The position numbers and the translations under genes are program-made. Shown here piece by piece: positions 49,793-63,329 of a stretch of 64,000 nt of DNA; the stretch's first letter is position 1, and each line of letters opens with the position of its first letter. The notes beneath the pieces are model-generated. The model did not search any database. It saw only the letters and a program-made list of their open reading frames with translations, and was not told the origin of the DNA. Origin of the DNA: Candidatus Velthaea sp. GTDB lineage: Bacteria; Vulcanimicrobiota; Vulcanimicrobiia; Vulcanimicrobiales; Vulcanimicrobiaceae. The stretch spans positions 1 to 64,000 of the forward strand of contig JBEKHC010000003.1 in assembly GCA_050012475.1 (NCBI GenBank). The letters run 5' to 3'.

Positions 49793-51037
49793 TTAGGCCC
49801 CGGATGACGCGGCCGAAGCTGCGGGCACGCCGTCGCCTTCCTCGTCGGACGACGCGAAGATCGTCGCAAACGTGTGGCGTGCAACCATCAGGTTCTCGTT
49901 CGCGGCGATCACGCGCACGACGACGTGCGCGCTGTCATCCGAGATGATCCCCTCGCCGGCGGCGTTGCGGATCGAATCGAGATCGATCCCGAGATTGCTC
50001 AGGTTCGCGCAGATCTCGCTCCGAATCGCGGCCGAGCCTTCACCGATCCCACCGGTGAAGACAAGGGTGTCGAGCCCGCCCAACACGGCGACGAGTGCGC
50101 CGACATGCTTCTTGGCCTGGTAGACGAAAAGTTCGACGGCTTCCGCTGCGGCGACGTCGGTCGCGCGCCGCGCCAAGAGCGTCCGCATATCCGCGCTAAT
50201 TTGCGAAACGCCGAGCAGACCGCTGTGCTCGGTCAGCACGGTGTCCAGTTCTGCGGGCGTGTAGCGTCCGGCGCGCAAGAGGTACAACAGCGCACCCGGA
50301 TCGAGATCGCCCGGTCGCGTCCCCATCATGAGCCCGCCCAGCGGGCTGAAGCCCATCGTGGTATCCACCGGCTTCCCGTTGCGCATCGCAGCCAGGCTGG
50401 CGCCGCTGCCGAGGTGCGCAACGATCATCAAACCACGCGTGCCTGCATTCCCGAGTTCGCGGACGATCGACTCGTACGACAGACCGTGGAAGCCATACCG
50501 GCGCACGCCTTCCGAGCGCAGCTCGCGCGGCAGCGGCAGACGCTGCGCTACCATCGGCATGCGATGATGGAAGGCCGTGTCGAAGCACACCACCTGCGGC
50601 GTTCCCGGTAGCGCGGTTTCGATCTCGCTGATCGCAGCGAGGGCCGCGGCCAAATGGAGCGGATCGAACGGTACGAGCGAGGCAAGACTCGTCATCAGCT
50701 CGGCGGTGACAGCCGCCGGCTCCGTATGCTGCGGTCCGCCGTACACCACGCGGTGGCCAACCCCGTCGATGGAAATACCAAGCTCGGACAGCAGCCCGAA
50801 CAGCGCAGCAATCGGCGTCGCCGCGCCCAACGGGCGCCGCGACTCGCGTGGTTGAGGACCGCGCCGGTCACGAATGCGTAACTCGGCCCCGGGCCCTCCG
50901 ATGCGCTCGATACCGCCTTCAACCACGAGCTGCTCGCACGACGCTCCCAAGTCATACACTGCGACCTTGAGTGTTGCCGAGCCGCAGTCGACGCCCAAGA
51001 TGCGGCGCCGATCTGTTTGCGCGCTTGTTCCGGTCAT
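49793..51037 (-). CDS. ackA: Acetate/propionate kinase
   Basis: DCGSATLK, VGHRVVYGG, CFDTAFH, RRYGFHGLSY, HLGSGAS, DTTMGFSPL.G..MGTR.GD, VFTGGIGE. Confidence 0.93.
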   Translation of the reverse strand: MTGTSAQTDRRRILGVDCGSATLKVAVYDLGASCEQLVVEGGIERIGGPGAELRIRDRRGPQPRESRRPLGAATPIAALFGLLSELGISIDGVGHRVVYGGPQHTEPAAVTAELMTSLASLVPFDPLHLAAALAAISEIETALPGTPQVVCFDTAFHHRMPMVAQRLPLPRELRSEGVRRYGFHGLSYESIVRELGNAGTRGLMIVAHLGSGASLAAMRNGKPVDTTMGFSPLGGLMMGTRPGDLDPGALLYLLRAGRYTPAELDTVLTEHSGLLGVSQISADMRTLLARRATDVAAAEAVELFVYQAKKHVGALVAVLGGLDTLVFTGGIGEGSAAIRSEICANLSNLGIDLDSIRNAAGEGIISDDSAHVVVRVIAANENLMVARHTFATIFASSDEEGDGVPAASAASSGA

Positions 51038-51041
51038 GCCG

Positions 51042-53381
51042 TCACCCCACGGCGAAGCGGCGGAACATCGCCAGCTTCACGGTATCGAGCAGGAACGCAA
51101 ACGCCGTTGCCGCGACGAACAGCCCGGCGATGATCGCGAGCGGCAGCGCGTGCATGAGGATGCCCCGTGCGGCAAGGATGGCGACGATACCGGCGTCGGC
51201 AACCGAGGATGCCAAAAGCCAGCGACTCGGCAGAGAACTCCAAAGATGATCTCGCTCGCGCACAACGTACAACACCGCTTGACCGCTGAAAACCAGCGTC
51301 ACTACAGCGAATGTCTGCAATGCCGGCGTGCTCAGCGAGAAGGCGACCTTTCCCATCACGAGGCAGGCGATGCAGAAAACGAGGTCGGCCGCGCCCATTG
51401 CGGTCCCGGCAAGCGTGAGATTTCGGATGTGCCAGACGCTCGGCTTCGATGACGGACGCACGTTATCGGTCGACGACGACATGGCGAGAAAATCTCCGAT
51501 AACCATCATCAACACCATGAGCGTCGGCGTGAGGATCGCGTGCCCGGTGAGGATCAGCCCGGCCGCCAAGAACAGCACCTGATTGATCTTGTGCGTGATC
51601 GACCGCAGCGTGTAGGTGAGAATCCGCTGGAACGTCGTTCGCCCCTCGGTAACCGCGGCGACGACGCCGCCCAGACCCGGTTCCGTGAGCACGATACCGG
51701 CAGCCGACTTCGCGACGTCGGTTGCCGTCGATACGGCGATCCCCATCTGGGCTTGGCGCAAGGCGGGAGCGTCGTTTGCGCCGTCGCCGCCGACGCCGAC
51801 GATATGACCATCCTTTTGCAGCGCCTTGACGAGAAAGAACTTGTCCTCCGGCAGCACGCCGGCAAAGATCGCGAACGTTTCGGCTCGCAGATCGTGCGGC
51901 AGCGGCGTCGTTGCCGACATCGCACCGGTGATGCCCACCGCACTCGCTACGAATCGTGCGGTCGCCGGCGCATCGCCCGTGACCATGACGGTCCGAACCC
52001 CGAGTGCGGCTAATTGCGCGACGAGCGCGGCCGCGTCGTCGCGCGGCGGATCGCTCAAGGCGATGAGGCCGGCGAGCGCGAGTTGGCCATGCGGTCCGGC
52101 GGCGACGGCAAGGACGCGACCGCCGCTCGCCTCGAGCTTGCCGACGAGCGCCAGCGCCGCAGCGTCGCTTTTCGCCCGGTCGGCGACGACGGAGAAGGCG
52201 CCCTTGACGACCTGCAGCACGGCGCCGCTCGCTTCGCGCACGATTGCTTCCGAACGTTTGCGTTGCGGATCGAACGGGACGAAGGAGACGAGTGCCGGCT
52301 CGTCGTTCGGGGATGCGCGCAATGCACAACTGCGAACGGCAGCGTCGACGGGATCCGCGCCGCTCACGGAACTTGCCAGAGCTGCCAGCGCGAGGACGTG
52401 CGCTTCGTCGAACGGCGCGAACGCGTGCACGGAGATGACGGCGAGTTCGTTACGCGTCAGCGTTCCGGTTTTGTCCGAGCAGAAGACGTCGATGCCTGCC
52501 GCTTCGTCGACTGCCGACAAACGCGTCGGCAAGACGCCGCGGCTGGCCAGCGATCGGGCGCCGATCGCCGCTGCGAGCGTGAACATCGACGGCAGCGCAA
52601 CCGGGATCGACGCGAGGACCGCGACGAGCACGAGCGGGATGATCTCGGTGCGCGGCATCGGTGACAGCAGCGCGTACGCCGTCAGCATCACGGTCACCGC
52701 ACCGTTGAAGATCACTAGGTTGCGGACCACGCCGAAGATGGTTTTCTGCTGCGTGCTCTCGACGGCGGCCGTCCGAATGAGCTCGGCCGTGCGGCCGAAT
52801 TTGGTGCGTTCGCCGGTCGCCGACACCAGGGCCAGCGCCGCACCGCGGCGCACCAGTGCGCCCGCGTACGCATCGAAGCCCGGTCCGGCCTCGACCGGCA
52901 GCGACTCCCCGGTGAGCATGGACTCATCGATGAGGACTGCTCCCGAGAGCAGCCGGACGTCGGCGGGGACGACGGCGCCCAGGGTGAGATTCACCACGTC
53001 GCCCGCCACCAGATCGGCAGCCGGCAAGGTGATCCACCGTCCGTCACGCTTCACGGGCGCGTTGAGCGCCAGGCGCGACTTGAGCGCATCGAGCGTGGCC
53101 TGCGAGCGCGTCTCTTGAATGACGCTCAGCGCGGCATTGAACACCAGCAGCAGCGCGATGACTGCCGCCTCCGGGTAGTCGTGCAGCCCGAGCGCAAGCA
53201 GAATCGCGGCCTCGAGCATCCAGGGTATCGGCGCCCACAACTTCTCGAGGGCACGCCGAAGCGGCTGCGGCGCTACGTCGACGATTGCGTTCGCACCACC
53301 ATGCGCGAGGCGCGTGCGCGCTTCGCCCGCCGTCAACCCGGCTGCGGGGTCGGAGGCGGATCGCTCGTCAGACGTAATCAC
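51042..53381 (-). CDS. P-type H+-ATPase-like (type IIIA), copy 1
   Basis: WAPIPWMLEAA, TGES, ASIPVALP, CSDKTGTLT, KGA, GDGANDAPAL; TM6 reads IGDF. Confidence 0.88.
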   Translation of the reverse strand: MITSDERSASDPAAGLTAGEARTRLAHGGANAIVDVAPQPLRRALEKLWAPIPWMLEAAILLALGLHDYPEAAVIALLLVFNAALSVIQETRSQATLDALKSRLALNAPVKRDGRWITLPAADLVAGDVVNLTLGAVVPADVRLLSGAVLIDESMLTGESLPVEAGPGFDAYAGALVRRGAALALVSATGERTKFGRTAELIRTAAVESTQQKTIFGVVRNLVIFNGAVTVMLTAYALLSPMPRTEIIPLVLVAVLASIPVALPSMFTLAAAIGARSLASRGVLPTRLSAVDEAAGIDVFCSDKTGTLTRNELAVISVHAFAPFDEAHVLALAALASSVSGADPVDAAVRSCALRASPNDEPALVSFVPFDPQRKRSEAIVREASGAVLQVVKGAFSVVADRAKSDAAALALVGKLEASGGRVLAVAAGPHGQLALAGLIALSDPPRDDAAALVAQLAALGVRTVMVTGDAPATARFVASAVGITGAMSATTPLPHDLRAETFAIFAGVLPEDKFFLVKALQKDGHIVGVGGDGANDAPALRQAQMGIAVSTATDVAKSAAGIVLTEPGLGGVVAAVTEGRTTFQRILTYTLRSITHKINQVLFLAAGLILTGHAILTPTLMVLMMVIGDFLAMSSSTDNVRPSSKPSVWHIRNLTLAGTAMGAADLVFCIACLVMGKVAFSLSTPALQTFAVVTLVFSGQAVLYVVRERDHLWSSLPSRWLLASSVADAGIVAILAARGILMHALPLAIIAGLFVAATAFAFLLDTVKLAMFRRFAVG

Positions 53382-53465
53382 GGCGATGCCGCCTCACCGG
53401 CGGAACCGGCGGCAGTCAACAAGAGCCGCGCGCAGGCGCCGATCGTCGGTTGCATGATTGTTGCG

Positions 53466-53513
53466 ACTTTAGCACCCGGCGAACGTGACCGGCAATCGTG
53501 AAAATGGCGGATC
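53466..53513 (-). promoter_or_regulatory. Conserved regulon motif copy 7
   Basis: GATCCgccatTTTCACG, 25 nt, TAAAGT; faces ATPase-ackA. Confidence 0.6.
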
Positions 53514-53551
53514 GGGGCGTTCGCATCAGTGCGCCGGCAACGGCCGAACGA

Positions 53552-53598
53552 GGTCCATGTATTTCACGATACCCTCTCGACCTGCGCTGCGCTACAAT
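53552..53598 (+). promoter_or_regulatory. Conserved regulon motif copy 8
   Basis: GGTCCatgtaTTTCACG, 24 nt, TACAAT; faces the SPFH-to-phosphoketolase genes. Confidence 0.7.
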
Positions 53599-53701
53599 TG
53601 CCGTGTCGCCGATCGACGGCCCCGTCCTCCGGCTGTTTCTCTCTCGCGCCCGTCGGACAGAAGTAGCCGAATCGTCGAGCGTTTGCGCCGAAGGGTTGTC
53701 C

Positions 53702-54523
53702 ATGTTCACGCTCGCAGGTCTGTTAGGCCCGTTCGCTCTCATCATCCTCGTTTTTATTCTCGTCAATGCGTCGGTGCGCGTGTTGCGCCAGTACGAGCGT
53801 GGCGTCATGTTCACCCTCGGACGCTTCTCCAGCGTCCGCGGGCCAGGTTTGATCTTTCTGGTTCCCTACATCCAGCAGATCGTGCGCGTCGACTTGCGGA
53901 CCGTCGTGATGGAAGTCCCGAGTCAGGACCTCATCTCGCGCGACAATGTCTCGGTCAAGGTCGACGCCGTGCTCTATTTCCACGTCGTCGATCCCGAGAA
54001 AGCCGTCATCGCGGTCGAACAGTATGCCGCAGCGACGAGCATGCTGGCGCAGACGACGCTGCGCTCCGTCCTCGGGCAGCACGAACTCGACGAAATGCTC
54101 TCCAAGCGGGCTACGCTCAATACCGACATCCAGGATATCCTCGATTCGCGCACCGAGGAGTGGGGGATCGAAGTGACCGCCGTCGAGATTCGCGACGTGC
54201 AGCTGACCGACAATATGGTCAAAGCCATTGCAAAGCAAGCCGAAGCCGAGCGCGACCGGCGCGCGAAAATCATCCACGCCGACGCGGAATTCCAAGCCTC
54301 GCAAACGTTGGTGAACGCGGCCAAGATCCTAGCTTCCGTTCCGGCCGCGATGCAGCTTCGCTATCTGCAGACCCTCTCGGAAATCGGCGGTGAGAACAAC
54401 TCGACCGTGATCTTCCCGATGCCGCTCGACATCATCAAGCCATTCTTGGACATCGCGAACAAAGACGCGGCGGCGGCCGCGGCTGCGGCGGCGAACAACA
54501 ACCTGAAGCTGCCGGTGCTATGA
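53702..54523 (+). CDS. SPFH/stomatin-like (slipin) protein
   Basis: YERGV.F.LGR, VDLRT, QDLISRDNV, AQTTLRSVLG, AKQAEAERDRRA, QLRYLQTL. Confidence 0.95.
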   Translation: MFTLAGLLGPFALIILVFILVNASVRVLRQYERGVMFTLGRFSSVRGPGLIFLVPYIQQIVRVDLRTVVMEVPSQDLISRDNVSVKVDAVLYFHVVDPEKAVIAVEQYAAATSMLAQTTLRSVLGQHELDEMLSKRATLNTDIQDILDSRTEEWGIEVTAVEIRDVQLTDNMVKAIAKQAEAERDRRAKIIHADAEFQASQTLVNAAKILASVPAAMQLRYLQTLSEIGGENNSTVIFPMPLDIIKPFLDIANKDAAAAAAAAANNNLKLPVL

Positions 54524-54987
54524 CGCTTGCCGGGCCGGCCCCGGGACGCGATGACTTCTTGACCCGCACGACGCTGCAACTGGACGAAGGCCTCTCGCTG
54601 CCCTCGGTCGCTGGGCTCATCAAAACGCTGCAGCGCGTCCCGGGGGTCTTGCTGGCCGAGATCGCCGCGGGCAGCGCCCGCGCGGTCGTCGCGCACGACG
54701 CCGCCGTGCCTGGCGCGTCGCTGCTGGCGGCCGCCGCACGCGCCGGCGTGCACGCGACGATCGTGGCCGACACGCGCCCGCCGGTTGCACCGGTCGAAAC
54801 GGCTGCGCCGCCCGCACTGTCGCGCGACCGACGCATCTTTGCGCTCGCAGCAGCACTGCTCTTCCTCTTGGCGCTCGGCGAGGCCGTCTTTCCCCGGCTT
54901 ACGAGCAATCACTATTTGCTGCCGGTGCTGCTCTCGTCGCTCTGGGCGTTCGTCATCGCGCGCATGTTGTTCAAGCGGCGGAAGTAG
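54520..54987 (+). CDS. HMA-like domain lacking CxxC plus two C-terminal TM helices
   Basis: I.TLQRVPGV..AEI...RAVV.HD ferredoxin-like pattern; no Cys in the protein; ATGA overlap with the SPFH gene. Confidence 0.6.
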   Translation: MTLAGPAPGRDDFLTRTTLQLDEGLSLPSVAGLIKTLQRVPGVLLAEIAAGSARAVVAHDAAVPGASLLAAAARAGVHATIVADTRPPVAPVETAAPPALSRDRRIFALAAALLFLLALGEAVFPRLTSNHYLLPVLLSSLWAFVIARMLFKRRK

Positions 54988-55048
54988 CATTCGCTCACCG
55001 CCGCGCGTCCCGGCTTCTCAAACACCAGCTCTTCGCAAGGAATTGACC

Positions 55049-56128
55049 ATGCCGACCATCTCACCGGGCATCGAATTTGAAGTGACGCGTCTGGGCGCGA
55101 TCATGCGCCCGCAAGCGGGCGCGCCGCACGAAGCCTGGGGCGTCCTCAATCCGGGCGGCGTTCGTTCCGCGGACGGTACGATGCATCTCTTCCCGCGGCT
55201 GATCGCCGAAGGGAACTATTCGCGGATCGGCCACGCACGCGTTCTTTTCGACGGTGAGAACCCGGTGAACGTGGAACGGCTGGGGCTCGCCCTCGAGCCG
55301 CACGAGTCCTATGAAGTCAGCGCCGGTGGCGGCGGCGTCGAGGATCCGCGCGTCGTGTACGTGCCGCTGCTCGAACGTTATGTGATGACGTATACGGCAT
55401 TCGTCCCGTACGAGCCGCGTGTCGCCATCGCCGTTTCCGAGGATCTCCAGACCTGGCAGCGACTCGGTGTGTTGCGCTTCGCGGTGAAACCCGGTGCAGC
55501 GGATCTCAACAAATGCGGCAATAAGGACGCGGCGCTCTTTCCCGATGTCATCTCGGATCCCAAGGGCGTCCCGTCGCTGGGGATCTTGCACCGGCCGACG
55601 ACGCGAATGCACTTTCGCCGCCATCATAAGGGCACGGCGGTCACCAAGCCTCCGAGCGGCGACGAGACCCAAGAGAACATCTGCATCTCCTATATCCCAG
55701 TCGATGCGGTTCTCGCCGACATCGGAAACCTGACCGCGGTGCGGCGCCACGAACGCGTTCTCGCACCCGAGCAGCCGTGGGAAATGCAGAAAGTCGGAAC
55801 CGGCGCCCCGCCCGTCCGGCTTCCATACGGTTGGGTGCTGCCGTATCATGCGGTCTCGGCTCCCGGCGGGCGCTCGCGCTATTGCATGGGGATCGCAATT
55901 CTCGATCTGCAGCGGCCGGCGCGGGTGCTCTACCGCACGCCGCTGCCGGTCCTCGAGCCGGAAACGGACTACGAGTGCAACGGCCTCGTCGACGATGTCG
56001 TCTTTCCCTCAGCGACCGATCTGCGCGCCGACGGAGCCCTCGACGTGTACTACGGCGCAGCGGATCACGTGATCGCCGCGGCGCGCGTCACCTTGCCACG
56101 CGACTTCCCCGCTTCGGCGTCGAAATGA
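55049..56128 (+). CDS. Glycoside hydrolase family 130-like glycosidase/phosphorylase
   Basis: GVLNPG, GVEDPRV, YTA, NKDAALFP, LHRP, KVGTGAPP, YH, VVFPS, YYGAAD; AAGGA RBS. Confidence 0.85.
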   Translation: MPTISPGIEFEVTRLGAIMRPQAGAPHEAWGVLNPGGVRSADGTMHLFPRLIAEGNYSRIGHARVLFDGENPVNVERLGLALEPHESYEVSAGGGGVEDPRVVYVPLLERYVMTYTAFVPYEPRVAIAVSEDLQTWQRLGVLRFAVKPGAADLNKCGNKDAALFPDVISDPKGVPSLGILHRPTTRMHFRRHHKGTAVTKPPSGDETQENICISYIPVDAVLADIGNLTAVRRHERVLAPEQPWEMQKVGTGAPPVRLPYGWVLPYHAVSAPGGRSRYCMGIAILDLQRPARVLYRTPLPVLEPETDYECNGLVDDVVFPSATDLRADGALDVYYGAADHVIAAARVTLPRDFPASASK

Positions 56129-56141
56129 AAGACGGCGTGCC

Positions 56142-58667
<2,526 letters not shown>

Positions 58668-58717
58668 ACCTTGGCGCGTTCCCCGCACGCACTTACTCCA
58701 GAGAAAGAACGTTTACT

Positions 58718-61306
58718 ATGCGCACAGCCAAACCACCGACGACATCCGAAAACAACGGCAATTCCGCACCGCTCGCGAAGATTGCACCCAACGGCAACCG
58801 GACAGCAACCTTCGACTTCGACGTTGCGCTGTCGACGGCGGTTGCGGCCAACGGCTCGCCCCATGCGCCGCAGCCGGTCCCCGCTGGACCGCTTGCGCCC
58901 GATCTGCTCGATAAGATCCATCGCTACTGGCGTGCCGCGAACTATCTTTGCATCGGCCAGATCTATTTGTTCGAGAACCCGCTGCTGCGCGAGCCGCTCA
59001 AAGCCGAACAGATCAAACCGCGCCTGCTCGGGCACTGGGGCACGTCACCAGGACAAAATCTGATCTACGTTCACCTCAATCGGCTCATCAAAGAGCACGA
59101 CGCGAACGTTATCTACATCTCGGGCCCCGGACACGGCGGCCCCTCGCTCAACGCGAACTCCTATCTCGAGGGCTCCTACACGGAGGTCCATCCCGAGATC
59201 ACGCTCGACGAGGACGGTCTGCGTCTCATGTTCCGCAAGTTCTCGACGCCGGGCGGCGTCCCCAGTCATTGCGGACCGCACGTTCCCAACTCGATGCACG
59301 AAGGCGGCGAACTCGGCTACTCGCTCGTCCACGCCTTCGGCGCGGCGTTCGACAACCCGGATTTGATCGTCGCGTGCGTGATCGGCGACGGCGAATCCGA
59401 AACCTGTCCGCTCGAGGGGAGCTGGAAGTCAAATAGCTTTCTCAACCCCGTGCACGACGGAGCCGTGCTGCCCATCTTGCACTTGAACGGCTATAAGATC
59501 TCCGGACCGACGGTCCAAGCCCGAACCAACGACGACGACTTGCGCGCGCTGTACGTCGGACGCGGCTACAAGCCGTATTTCGTCGAAGGTGACGAGCCGC
59601 TCGTCGTGCACCAGCTCTTCGCGGCCGCACTCGATGCTTGCTATGCCGACATTCGGACGATCCAGCGCACCGCACGCGAGCACGGCTTCGACAAGCAGCC
59701 GGCTTGGCCGATGATCGTGCTGCGCACGCCCAAAGGCTGGACCTGCCCCAAAGAAGTGGACGGCATTCCGATCGAAGGCACATTCCGCGCGCACCAAGTG
59801 CCGCTCGCCGGCGTTCGCGAGAATCCCGACCACCTCAAGATCCTCGAGTCGTGGATGAAGAGTTACAAAGCGCAGGAGCTCTTCGACGAACAGGGCAGAT
59901 TCATCGCGGAATTGGCGGCCTTGGCTCCGGCCGGCAACCGCCGCATGGGCGGCAACCCGCACGTCAACGGCGGCCGGCTGCTCAACGCGCTCGACCTGCC
60001 CGACTTTACCGATTACGCGCTCGACATTCCCGGCCCGGGCCAAGTCATCGCCGAAGCACCGCGCAAACTGGGCGACTTCTTCGCTGACATCTTCCGCCGC
60101 AACAAGACCAACTTTCTCATGTTCTGTCCCGACGAGACGAACTCGAATCGGTTGAACTCGGTGCTCGAGGCAACGAACCGTCGCTTCATGGCCCAAACCG
60201 TTTCGATCGATGACCAGCTCAGCCCCGACGGGCGCGTGCTCGAAGTGTTGAGCGAGCATTGTTGCGAGGGCTGGCTCGAGGGCTACTTGTTGACCGGACG
60301 CCATGGTTTGTGGTCGTCGTATGAAGCGTTCGCGCAGGTCGTCGACTCGATGCTGACCCAGCATGCGAAATGGCTCGAACAGTGCCGCGACTTTCCCTGG
60401 CGCAAATCGCTCGCGTCGCTCAACGTCCTGCTCACCAGCCATGCCTGGCGCAACGATCACAATGGTTTCAGCCATCAGGCTACCGGATTCGTCGACAACG
60501 CCTTAGCCCGCCGCAGCGAAACCATTCGCGTCTACTATCCGCCCGACAGCAATTGCCTGCTGAGCGTCTTCGACCATTGCCTGCGCAGCCGAAACAAAGT
60601 CAACATCGTTACCTGCGGTAAGCAGCCGCAACTGCAGTGGCTGACCATGGACGAAGCGCTCGAACATTGCTCACGCGGCGCATCGACCTGGAAATTTGCG
60701 ACCAACGACGGCGGGGCTGAGCCGGACGTCGTCCTGGCTTGCGCCGGCGACGTACCGACGATCGAGACGTGTGCGACCGCCTGGCTACTGCAGAAATACG
60801 TTCCCGGCATCAAAGTGCGCGTCGTGAACGTGGTGGACCTAAGCGCGCTCATGAGCCCGAACGACCATCCGCACGGCATGGACAACATGTCCTTCAACGA
60901 CCTCTTCACCACGAGCGCGCCGGTCATCTTCGCTTTCCATAACAACCGCTGGCTGATCCATTCGATGGTTCACGGACGCGCGAACGAGGCACGCTTCCAC
61001 GTGCGCGGCTACATGGATCGCGGGACGACGACCACCCCCTTCGATATGGTGGTGCTCAACGAGATGAGCCGCTACCATCTCGCCATCGACGCGCTCAACC
61101 AAATTCCGCGGCTGCGTTCGGAAGCATCGACCGTCATCGAAATGTTCCGCGCCAAGCTCTTCGAGCACACCGCGTATATTCAGGAACACCTCGAAGACAT
61201 GCCCGAGATCCGCAATTGGCACTGGACGGCCGATTTCAGCGAACCGGGCTCGCCGCCGCCGCTCGCCAAGGGACATCCTCGCGCCGCCTTATTCAGTGAT
61301 AGCTGA
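58718..61306 (+). CDS. xfp: Phosphoketolase (XFP family)
   Basis: [79 protein letters not shown]. Confidence 0.95.
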   Translation: MRTAKPPTTSENNGNSAPLAKIAPNGNRTATFDFDVALSTAVAANGSPHAPQPVPAGPLAPDLLDKIHRYWRAANYLCIGQIYLFENPLLREPLKAEQIKPRLLGHWGTSPGQNLIYVHLNRLIKEHDANVIYISGPGHGGPSLNANSYLEGSYTEVHPEITLDEDGLRLMFRKFSTPGGVPSHCGPHVPNSMHEGGELGYSLVHAFGAAFDNPDLIVACVIGDGESETCPLEGSWKSNSFLNPVHDGAVLPILHLNGYKISGPTVQARTNDDDLRALYVGRGYKPYFVEGDEPLVVHQLFAAALDACYADIRTIQRTAREHGFDKQPAWPMIVLRTPKGWTCPKEVDGIPIEGTFRAHQVPLAGVRENPDHLKILESWMKSYKAQELFDEQGRFIAELAALAPAGNRRMGGNPHVNGGRLLNALDLPDFTDYALDIPGPGQVIAEAPRKLGDFFADIFRRNKTNFLMFCPDETNSNRLNSVLEATNRRFMAQTVSIDDQLSPDGRVLEVLSEHCCEGWLEGYLLTGRHGLWSSYEAFAQVVDSMLTQHAKWLEQCRDFPWRKSLASLNVLLTSHAWRNDHNGFSHQATGFVDNALARRSETIRVYYPPDSNCLLSVFDHCLRSRNKVNIVTCGKQPQLQWLTMDEALEHCSRGASTWKFATNDGGAEPDVVLACAGDVPTIETCATAWLLQKYVPGIKVRVVNVVDLSALMSPNDHPHGMDNMSFNDLFTTSAPVIFAFHNNRWLIHSMVHGRANEARFHVRGYMDRGTTTTPFDMVVLNEMSRYHLAIDALNQIPRLRSEASTVIEMFRAKLFEHTAYIQEHLEDMPEIRNWHWTADFSEPGSPPPLAKGHPRAALFSDS

Positions 61307-61485
61307 AACGATCGTAAGCGGCGCTTCCGGGAGGAGCGCCGTCCAGGCCCTACGTTCGACATGTGCTACGGACATGCTACCTTCGAGCGGACACCCACAA
61401 GGGCACGTAGCCGCAAGCTTCCGAAGGAACGGAGCCGAGCAACGCGCGAACCGCGCTGCCCGCGAGACGCTCGGTCACGACGCTT

Positions 61486-61860
61486 TCAGCGTTCCGCGTT
61501 TACCTGACGAAGGCGGGCGTCAGCGAGCTTTACCGCGGAATCGAGACGCTCGAACTCCTCGCGCGCCCCGGCCGGACTCGTCGGTACGTTTCGATTGTCG
61601 ATCGAACAAACATTCGCCGTAATATCTTCTATGGGCGTTAGGTTTTTCATCGCTTGCCGGCGGCGCCTATTCGCATCCAGCCGGCGCATCTGTTTTTTCG
61701 AGACGAAGCTGAACTTCTTCGGTGCGGCGTAGATCACCGGCTGATCCGTCACATCGACGTGGTTTGGCGTCAGTTTCAGGCTACTTATGTGGCTGACCAT
61801 CGACTCGGCATCGTGGTCGTCATCTAGGCGCGGTGCAGTATGTACGGCGTCCGATGTCAT
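61486..61860 (-). CDS. Hypothetical protein (124 aa)
   Basis: GGAG RBS before the ATG at 61860, 13 nt after the paralog B stop; no recognisable domain. Confidence 0.4.
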   Translation of the reverse strand: MTSDAVHTAPRLDDDHDAESMVSHISSLKLTPNHVDVTDQPVIYAAPKKFSFVSKKQMRRLDANRRRRQAMKNLTPIEDITANVCSIDNRNVPTSPAGAREEFERLDSAVKLADARLRQVNAER

Positions 61861-61873
61861 CAGGTCATCTCCA

Positions 61874-62374
61874 TCAGCAAGAAAAGAGGTGGCGGTCTTT
61901 GCGGCCGGCAGTCGTTTCCGCCGACGCACGCTCGACGTGATCGGCGATCGACCGCAGGAAACCGCAGACGAAACCTCGAGCGACCCGCTTGCCGAGTCCC
62001 GCATCGAACACCGCCCCGGCGGCGCCGAAGGGCACCTGGTAGTGTCCAGACAGAACGAGGCTGAAACGATCGCGGAGCAACGTTCTTTCAACCGCTAACG
62101 CACCGGCGAACTCCGGAAACGCGCCGCCGTCGGCGGACGACAAAGCGATGGAATAGGTCGGGTGCGAATCGGCCGCCGACGAAAGCGAATAAAACGACGC
62201 GACCGCGCGCTGCTCCAGCGCCACTTTCCAGGCCGCGAACATCGTTATCGGCAAACGCAGCGCGATACTCAGCGAACCGTTCACGTCGCGGTGTTCGGCG
62301 ACGAACGCCGCCAGACGTTGCGCGGCTTCGTGCTGCGCGCAATGAACGACGAGCCGCTCGCAGATATCCGGCAT
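61874..62374 (-). CDS. Hypothetical protein, paralog B (SRPBCC-like fold suspected)
   Basis: Alignable over most of its length to 39416..39922. Confidence 0.75.
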   Translation of the reverse strand: MPDICERLVVHCAQHEAAQRLAAFVAEHRDVNGSLSIALRLPITMFAAWKVALEQRAVASFYSLSSAADSHPTYSIALSSADGGAFPEFAGALAVERTLLRDRFSLVLSGHYQVPFGAAGAVFDAGLGKRVARGFVCGFLRSIADHVERASAETTAGRKDRHLFSC

Positions 62375-62498
62375 TGGAAGGCCCTTCGATCGACCGCGTG
62401 ACGGCAGCCGCAAACACGTTCGATGATGCCCGTCGGCGCGGAATGCGGCGTGATCGCCGGCGGACTCGTGCGGCAGGAGCTGATCGAACGACATGGTT

Positions 62499-62545
62499 AG
62501 GATATCATCCAGGCCGCGCCAACCGTATCGTGAAAACAGTGGATC
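62499..62545 (-). promoter_or_regulatory. Conserved regulon motif copy 9
   Basis: GATCCactgtTTTCACG, 24 nt, TATCCT (TGn extended -10). Confidence 0.7.
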
Positions 62546-62585
62546 GCGGGGGCAACCGCCCTGGGGGTCTTGGTCGAGTCCGCGC

Positions 62586-63329
62586 TTAGGAGCCCCAGGC
62601 CGCGGCAGTGGGAACCGGGGTGAGGCGAGCGGCTACTGGGCGCCGACTTGCTGGAAGCGTGCGCAGCGCGAGCGCAGCGGCGTCGTCGCCGCCGCGCCGA
62701 GTCCGAAACACGCGGCGCGCGATCGCGCGGGCAGCATTGAGTTCAGGCAAGCCGTGCACGACTCGGACCGCTTCGACGAGGTCGGCTTCGCCGCGCACGG
62801 GATCCCGCTGATGCTCGGTTATCCCGTCCGTGTAGAACACCACGAGCGCATCCGCGGGAAGCGCGACCACGTAATCCGCGCCAAGATAGCTGGAGAAAAT
62901 TCCCAGCGGCAGGTCGGCTGGAGGCTGGTGCAAAAACGCGTGGCCGTCGGCAGTCAACACCAGCGGCGGCGGATGTCCGGCGTTTGCAAAAGCGAGCGTG
63001 CCGAAACGCCGGTCGAGAACGGCGACGATGGCGGTTGCGATCACGCCGTTGACGCAGGTGTAGGCAACGTCGTTGAGGACCGCCAGGACGTCCGACGGAA
63101 TGCGAATCTCGCCGATCGCTCGGAGCGCCGCCGCACGCATCACCGCCATCGCCTCGGCCACGCTTTCGCCGTGTCCCGAAACGTCGCCGATCGTCAATGC
63201 CATGACGTGTTCGGAGAGCGCGAAGGCCTCACACCAGTCTCCACCGCTTTGTGCGCCGCCTATGGGCGAATTCCAGGCCGTCAAGCTGGCATCGAAAGCG
63301 GCAATGCCGCGTTCGCCGTCAGCGATCAC
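62586..63329 (-). CDS. Stand-alone PP2C/SpoIIE-family Ser/Thr phosphatase
   Basis: GGDW, IGDVSGHG, FANAGHPPP, YTDGITE, GDDAA; GTGA overlap with the upstream gene. Confidence 0.9.
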   Translation of the reverse strand: MIADGERGIAAFDASLTAWNSPIGGAQSGGDWCEAFALSEHVMALTIGDVSGHGESVAEAMAVMRAAALRAIGEIRIPSDVLAVLNDVAYTCVNGVIATAIVAVLDRRFGTLAFANAGHPPPLVLTADGHAFLHQPPADLPLGIFSSYLGADYVVALPADALVVFYTDGITEHQRDPVRGEADLVEAVRVVHGLPELNAARAIARRVFRTRRGGDDAAALALRTLPASRRPVAARLTPVPTAAAWGS

